This document shows positions 58,796 to 64,000 of a stretch of 64,000 nt of DNA, piece after piece. A program made the position numbers and the translations under genes. A model generated the notes under the pieces. The model was not told where the DNA came from. It made no database searches and was given only the letters and a program-made list of their open reading frames with translations. The first letter of the stretch is position 1. The number at the start of each line of letters is the position of its first letter. The stretch is taken from positions 115,367 through 179,366 of the IMG/VR virus record IMGVR_UViG_3300033146_004399; one strand, given 5' to 3'. The DNA comes from a virus.

Positions 58796-60135
58796 TATAC
58801 GTCTACCTCCTCTTCGCTATCATCATCGTCGTCGTCGTCATCATCATCACTTGATTCTTCATCTTTTTTAGGTGCTTTTGCACTTGATAGGAACTCAATA
58901 ATTTCCTTCATTTTAGAATCGTCAATACCTTTAACTTTAGCGGAATCTAAAGAACTAATAAGTCCTTGTACATATTCTGATTCAGGCGAATCAGCTTCTA
59001 ATTGTTTAAGGATTTTTTTGAAAATGTCAATAATTTTATTAACTTCTTCAGTGTCAAGATCATTGCCAACGCCTTCTTTAGGCGTTTCATCAGGAGTAGC
59101 AGGTGCTTCAGGAGCAGCAGGTACTTCACCTTCTTCAGCTAATCGATTAATTTGAGCAACTTTTTCTTCAGTAAGGTTATTTTCCTTAAAGAATCTTCTC
59201 TTCATCATACGACCTGGTTTTGAGTTAACAATACTTTCAAATATACTTACTACTGTATCTGAATCGCCTTCACCAATCATAAGAGTAGTTTTTGTGATTA
59301 ATTCTTCAAATAATACTTTCTCTAAAAGAAAAAGTTCTTTATTCTCATCCATGAAGTTTAAAACTGCTGTTTTAGCAAGCTCAACACTTTCAGTCGCAAG
59401 AATATTTTTAACCATTTTTTCAAATTTACCACGGAAAGAATCAGATTTCCATTTATCAGACAAGTGACCAGCTAAATTTTGCATAGCATCCATAGCATTT
59501 ACATTGTCTTTAATTTTAATAACATTAACTGGTTTACCCTGATCAATATTTACTTTGATAGGATATGGTGTCTTAAAAGCTACTCGTGAGAGTGTTGAAG
59601 GGACACCAGTTTTTTTATCACCGTCTACTTTTAATTGAAGTTTGCCCATAAAGTCTTCTTCCATGAGAGACTGAATGTCTTCGAGAAAAAAATCACGAAC
59701 ATCTCGAGCTTTTTTAATAGCACGAATTCTAGGTGACTCCATAATTTTTCTAGCTTTTCTGTCTTTAGCTTCGTTAAAAATGTATCGACTTTCATTTTTG
59801 AATTTAAGATTTACGCCAGTCATCATTTCACCGATTGTGATAGGTTCTTCATCATCAAGGTCAAAATACTTTTCAGTAACTTGATCAAGATAAGAATCAT
59901 CATTTTCGGAAAGACCAACCATCTCGAAATTACTCATGTTAAGAATTGAGTTTTCAAATTTGTAATCACAAAGATAAAAATCCTCTTTTTCTTCATCAAG
60001 TATAATCAATTTGTCGTCATACATTGAAACCAAAGCAGCGTTGTCGGAAGCTGCGAGTGCTTCAGCAATTTTGCCGAATACTTTCTCAGAGCTTTTATCT
60101 ACAACTTGTTTGAACTTATTATACGTAAGCTGCAT
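58795..60135 (-). CDS. Putative prohead core protein
   Basis: Acidic 446-aa protein between portal and protease. Confidence 0.5.
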   Translation of the reverse strand: MQLTYNKFKQVVDKSSEKVFGKIAEALAASDNAALVSMYDDKLIILDEEKEDFYLCDYKFENSILNMSNFEMVGLSENDDSYLDQVTEKYFDLDDEEPITIGEMMTGVNLKFKNESRYIFNEAKDRKARKIMESPRIRAIKKARDVRDFFLEDIQSLMEEDFMGKLQLKVDGDKKTGVPSTLSRVAFKTPYPIKVNIDQGKPVNVIKIKDNVNAMDAMQNLAGHLSDKWKSDSFRGKFEKMVKNILATESVELAKTAVLNFMDENKELFLLEKVLFEELITKTTLMIGEGDSDTVVSIFESIVNSKPGRMMKRRFFKENNLTEEKVAQINRLAEEGEVPAAPEAPATPDETPKEGVGNDLDTEEVNKIIDIFKKILKQLEADSPESEYVQGLISSLDSAKVKGIDDSKMKEIIEFLSSAKAPKKDEESSDDDDDDDDDDSEEEVDV

Positions 60136-60192
60136 TAATTTCCTCCTATTGAGATTGAATTTAGTTAATGTGTTTATTGTGTTGTGCGAACA

Positions 60193-63100
60193 TTATTTAC
60201 TCATCTTCACCTTTTCGTTTAATGTGCGCTGTATTTTATTTGAGCTTCTATAGGCTTTTAATAAACCCCTAAATTCTCCCTCAATGATCATTCGGGTTGC
60301 ACTATTCTTTTGCTCATATTTTATCTTGTCACTATTATTATCTTTATGTACTTTTTCGTAAAGATTAACATATTTTAATAATTTTTCAACATCTTTATTG
60401 CTTTCAAAGAGCCATTTACCACCATCAAACTCTATAAAATTGGCTCCAGCAACTTCTAATCCTGCTTCTCCGCCACCAGCAGGAGGTGCTTCACCGCCAG
60501 CAGGTGCTTCTTGCCCTCCCATTCCACCTTCAGGAGGTCCACCAGCTGCTCCGCCAGAAGCTCCACCACCCATTATATTGCCACCAAGATTTCCACCGCC
60601 AGCCATATCCATTCCTCCACCAGCAGATGCACCAAGATTTTGCATTTGAAGTTGCATCTGCATTTGCATTTGAATTTGCAATCTAATCTTCTGTATTTCT
60701 TGTTCAGACATACCAAGTATTTCTTTGTAAATCCATTCATCAGGTAAAAAGTTCTCTAACGTTCTAACTTGTTGTATAAGGGCAAATTGTTGATTTCTTA
60801 TCTCTATTTCCATTAACTGGTCTACATTAGATGGAGGTGTTAATTTAATTTTAAAGTCTCTTATTTCTTTAGAATCTATTTTTGAAAATACCAATTCAAT
60901 AAGAGCAATTTTTTCTAAACCTTTAATAATTAACTTCTGTATTCTTTCTATAGTTCTTGAAAATTGAACTTCTTGATTGGAGAGATACGATTTAGGGTCA
61001 TATGTTCCTGCACCAGCATCAGATGAATTACCACCAAGGTAACCAGTAGGAATACCCATAGTTCTTAATATTTGATCTTTGAAATATTTAACATCATCTA
61101 TCTCACCTAAATTTTGCCCACCAGGAAGTGTCTCAATTCTTGTCCCTTGACTATTCTGCCTTACGGGAATATAAAAGTCTTCGTCAACCGAATTATGAAC
61201 AAATACACCAGCTTCAGTTGCAAAGTTGTGATACTTCTCGATAGTTATATCACCAGTATCTTCTTTATAATCAAGCCATTCTATTTTAGTGACTTTATGA
61301 TTTTGATAATTTGACTGTTTAGATAAAAGTCTCAATTCTTTCCACGATTTCAAGCTCAATTTGTTTAAAATATTATAGTATTGCTTTCTACTAATTTCTT
61401 CTTGTAGTATAAAGTCTTGCATTTTATTATACTCAGAAGCTTTATCTAAGCAAATTGTTTCTATATTATCTAATCTTTGTGTTATAGAACTTAATACATT
61501 ATAATTATTTCTGATTAATACATTTTTTATGTATGTATATAAAAATCCGTTTTCTTTACAAAAGTTTGTAATTTCGTGTGAATATATTATAGCATTTTTT
61601 GTAAAATGTTGATCAATAACAAGTAATGTTTCTTCTTCCTTTTTTTTCATTTTTTCTTGAAATTTTTGAGTAGCAAGTTTTGTGTTTGGTGTTCTAAGAC
61701 TTTTAGTTTTTACTCCGCAAACTTCTTTTAACCACTGTTCGGAAGATTCATATCCTATTTCTCTCATAGCTTTTACAATAAAATGTGCATTAGGACCATT
61801 TACTTGTTTATTTGGTTTACAAAAGGTTTTCCATTCTTGCATCAATTTATTGTTGTTACACGCATTTTCCATAACATTAACGATAGATATATAGCCTTGA
61901 CTATTTGGCTGTGTTTCTTGTGCTATATTTTTCAAAAGAGACCAAAATTTATTTGTGACTTTATTTCTTATGGTCATCCCATTGATATATTTTTGTCTTA
62001 ATTTTGGATCAGAGAATTGCTTTTTCATATTTTTCGATCTTATATCGTTATAAATGTAAGACATATTTTGATGTAATTTTCTATGATTACTAAATGACAT
62101 TACTTTTAAATTATTAGGAGTATTGTTTAATTTATTAAAATCTTTGTGATGAATCGTTTTATTATTGTTAAAAGATGTAAATTTTCTATTTTTCCAATCA
62201 TCATACATATTTCCTACTAATCTGTGAGTATATTCATATTTACTAGTTTTTGGATTATATATTTTTTCATAACCATCAATTTTATCCCTATCTTCTTTAG
62301 AAGACAGTTTAGTATAGAATGGCATTAAAGCTTGTCCGTTTTTAAGATCTTGCGCTTCGCAATAAGAACCATCCCGCAACATAAATCTATGGTCTGGTGT
62401 TGTTCTCAATTCCTCGCCATTATCTAAAGTTACTTTAATTAATTTTGCATTCTTTCTAGTTACATCCGCCCATATAATTTTACCAGGTACTATTTGATTA
62501 TCATTTTCAACATCTATAGAATATGTCCAATTTTCATTACCAGATTTATATTCTTCAATCAATTCTGTTAGTGAAAGACTTCGACCATCTAAAAGTGGAA
62601 TTTTAGTATCTAAAGTTATACATAAAGGATTTGCCTTTTCATCTACTTCACCTGTTGTAGGATTAATAAATTTCTTTTTGCGGAATTGTCTTTTCAACGT
62701 TTCCATAAATTTATTAGCTTCTTTAGTTGGCATGGTACCGACATCTACATAAAATACTCTTCTCTCTGGAGCTCTTGATATTCTATATATAAGCATAGCG
62801 TCTTCCATAAGAGAAAGTTTTTTAAATGTCTTTCTGCCTGATTCTAATATAGAACGACCATATGGTTCAAATTCTTCATCCTCAATCCTGAAGTGAACAA
62901 TCTGCCATGGTTGAAAAACTCTATTTTCCTTCTCTTCATCTTCATATTCATATCTGAATTCAATAAGATTACCTTCCCTCTCAACTCTCTTCATATTCTC
63001 AGGTTTCTTAATTCTCTCCAAGGAGATTATATGTTTTGGATTATCTACGTTATCTACTATAACTTCAAGGAATTCATCACCTAATTTACAGGTATTTCTT

Positions 63101-63531
63101 ACTATGGACCAAAGATTAGAATTCATATCTAAATTTTCAAACATTAATTTATCAACAATTTCAATAATTTTATTGTTATCTGAACCAATTTCCATAACAT
63201 TTTTTTGAACATTAAATTGAGTTCCATTATCTGCATAAATGTTAATTGATTGATTAAGTTCAGGAATACGTATCATTTCTCTATATTCTTTATATCGAGT
63301 TGTACGATTGTTTGATGTTACAGTAGCTTCTTCAAGCCATGCGAAGGACTGCCAGCCAGGAGCATATGAGCCTTGATCTTTTGCAACTTCGGAAGGAACA
63401 TTTAAATCACGAGAACGGATTTTATATTTATTAATAAAATCTTGAATTTTTTTAGCGTTTTTATCAACTTTATTTTCACTAGTACTGTCGCCCTTACCAC
63501 CAAAAAAACCCCATCCGGTCTGTCCTGCCAT
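60193..63531 (-). CDS. gp20: Portal protein (gp20-like) containing an intein; about 635 aa after splicing
   Basis: YGRSILE..RK..K.L.LMEDAMLIYRISRAPERRVFYVDVG; EDFYIPVR; GTRIETLPGGQNLGEIDDV.YF. Confidence 0.95.
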   Translation of the reverse strand: MAGQTGWGFFGGKGDSTSENKVDKNAKKIQDFINKYKIRSRDLNVPSEVAKDQGSYAPGWQSFAWLEEATVTSNNRTTRYKEYREMIRIPELNQSINIYADNGTQFNVQKNVMEIGSDNNKIIEIVDKLMFENLDMNSNLWSIVRNTCKLGDEFLEVIVDNVDNPKHIISLERIKKPENMKRVEREGNLIEFRYEYEDEEKENRVFQPWQIVHFRIEDEEFEPYGRSILESGRKTFKKLSLMEDAMLIYRISRAPERRVFYVDVGTMPTKEANKFMETLKRQFRKKKFINPTTGEVDEKANPLCITLDTKIPLLDGRSLSLTELIEEYKSGNENWTYSIDVENDNQIVPGKIIWADVTRKNAKLIKVTLDNGEELRTTPDHRFMLRDGSYCEAQDLKNGQALMPFYTKLSSKEDRDKIDGYEKIYNPKTSKYEYTHRLVGNMYDDWKNRKFTSFNNNKTIHHKDFNKLNNTPNNLKVMSFSNHRKLHQNMSYIYNDIRSKNMKKQFSDPKLRQKYINGMTIRNKVTNKFWSLLKNIAQETQPNSQGYISIVNVMENACNNNKLMQEWKTFCKPNKQVNGPNAHFIVKAMREIGYESSEQWLKEVCGVKTKSLRTPNTKLATQKFQEKMKKKEEETLLVIDQHFTKNAIIYSHEITNFCKENGFLYTYIKNVLIRNNYNVLSSITQRLDNIETICLDKASEYNKMQDFILQEEISRKQYYNILNKLSLKSWKELRLLSKQSNYQNHKVTKIEWLDYKEDTGDITIEKYHNFATEAGVFVHNSVDEDFYIPVRQNSQGTRIETLPGGQNLGEIDDVKYFKDQILRTMGIPTGYLGGNSSDAGAGTYDPKSYLSNQEVQFSRTIERIQKLIIKGLEKIALIELVFSKIDSKEIRDFKIKLTPPSNVDQLMEIEIRNQQFALIQQVRTLENFLPDEWIYKEILGMSEQEIQKIRLQIQMQMQMQLQMQNLGASAGGGMDMAGGGNLGGNIMGGGASGGAAGGPPEGGMGGQEAPAGGEAPPAGGGEAGLEVAGANFIEFDGGKWLFESNKDVEKLLKYVNLYEKVHKDNNSDKIKYEQKNSATRMIIEGEFRGLLKAYRSSNKIQRTLNEKVKMSK
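61192..62622 (-). mobile_element. Intein (477 aa) with HNH endonuclease in the portal gene
   Basis: Starts CITLDTKIPLLDG, ends GDITIEKYHNF...GVFVHN followed by Ser; internal THRLVG...IHHKDFNKLNNTPNNL HNH motif. Confidence 0.92.
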
Positions 63532-63599
63532 TATTTACTCCTATATGATGTATAAAACGAATTTGTGTCTTCAGGAGAAGACACGATATTTAGGAAAGA

Positions 63600-63950
63600 T
63601 TAATAACCCATTAAATCTCGTACGATAGAGAAGAGTTGATGAGCTTTTTCTCTGGTTAAAACAACACCATCAATTTCATCATTAATTCTATCTGCCATAT
63701 CTCTAAAATTTACTTCAAAATCTAAATTTTTAATTATACCTGTAATTTTAGATTCAGTTTCTAAGCGAATACGAGCTTTGTTCTCTTTAGAAGCTTCTTC
63801 TTGCTCTTCTTCTTGCTCATTATCAAATTCATCAATTTCAGCCCATTCATCATCTGTATCAATATCTTTTTCTTCTTCTTTTAAAATAAAAAGTTCATCA
63901 TCTAATTTCTTTCTTAAATCTATTATACTACCCATTATAAAACTCCTCAA
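63600..63950 (-). CDS. Acidic hypothetical protein upstream of the portal gene
   Basis: Same strand as the head module. Confidence 0.55.
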   Translation of the reverse strand: MRSFIMGSIIDLRKKLDDELFILKEEEKDIDTDDEWAEIDEFDNEQEEEQEEASKENKARIRLETESKITGIIKNLDFEVNFRDMADRINDEIDGVVLTREKAHQLFSIVRDLMGY

Positions 63951-64000
63951 CTAACTTCTTTAGTTAGATTCTTATTAATTTTCATAGTTAGATTAATATG

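Noticed and set aside
60398-60747. Plus-strand Pro/Ala-rich ORFs
   Set aside because: Antisense shadows of the GC-richer low-complexity portal linker
125-63084. Many short antisense or overlapping ORFs in the track (e.g. 125-424, 4129-4521, 5242-5631, 13134-13457, 25632-26186, 44124-44516, 54296-54748, 56333-56608)
   Set aside because: They lie opposite or within well-supported genes, lack RBS and motifs, and have shadow-like composition
1-64000. Genome-wide stop-codon reassignment (e.g. TAG to Gln)
   Set aside because: Long genes (portal, DnaK, helicase) read fully in the standard code and TAG ends several genes (37045, 37653, 42152, 45243); only sporadic internal stops occur
1-64000. CRISPR array, tRNA or rRNA genes
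   Set aside because: No regularly spaced repeats with unique spacers and no cloverleaf or T-loop signature found by eye; tRNAscan/Infernal would be needed to exclude them fully

Overview
A 64-kb, strongly AT-rich, gene-dense segment of a large T4-like (myovirus) phage genome. It carries a T4-type head module on the minus strand (portal gp20 with a 477-aa HNH intein, core protein, prohead protease gp21, scaffold gp22, major capsid gp23 with an apparent frameshift near its 3' end), primase, helicase, a gp55-like sigma factor, a tubulin/FtsZ-family GTPase, and an Hsp20-DnaK operon in which dnaK is split by a complete group I intron carrying a GIY-YIG endonuclease. It also carries modular tail-fibre/tip cassettes (C1q tips, a GH135 spherulin-4 payload, a lipase), host-like genes (prs, dut, glf, a PAS-PAS-GAF-PAS sensor without output domain, a CheW-like protein, a lipoprotein), candidate anti-defence enzymes (Apyc1-like MBL hydrolase, RNA ligase) and seven homing-type endonucleases. 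The most unusual signal is a set of small accessory proteins, often with a shared AKxLL-CxxC module, that end in short diverged copies of this phage's own capsid and portal sequences, next to ORFs that may resemble tail tube and sheath segments: a possible virion-mimic or decoy system. DnaK resembles spirochaete DnaK from memory, suggesting a Spirochaetota host (unverified). No tRNA, rRNA or CRISPR array was seen. All family assignments come from motif recognition by eye; no searches were run.
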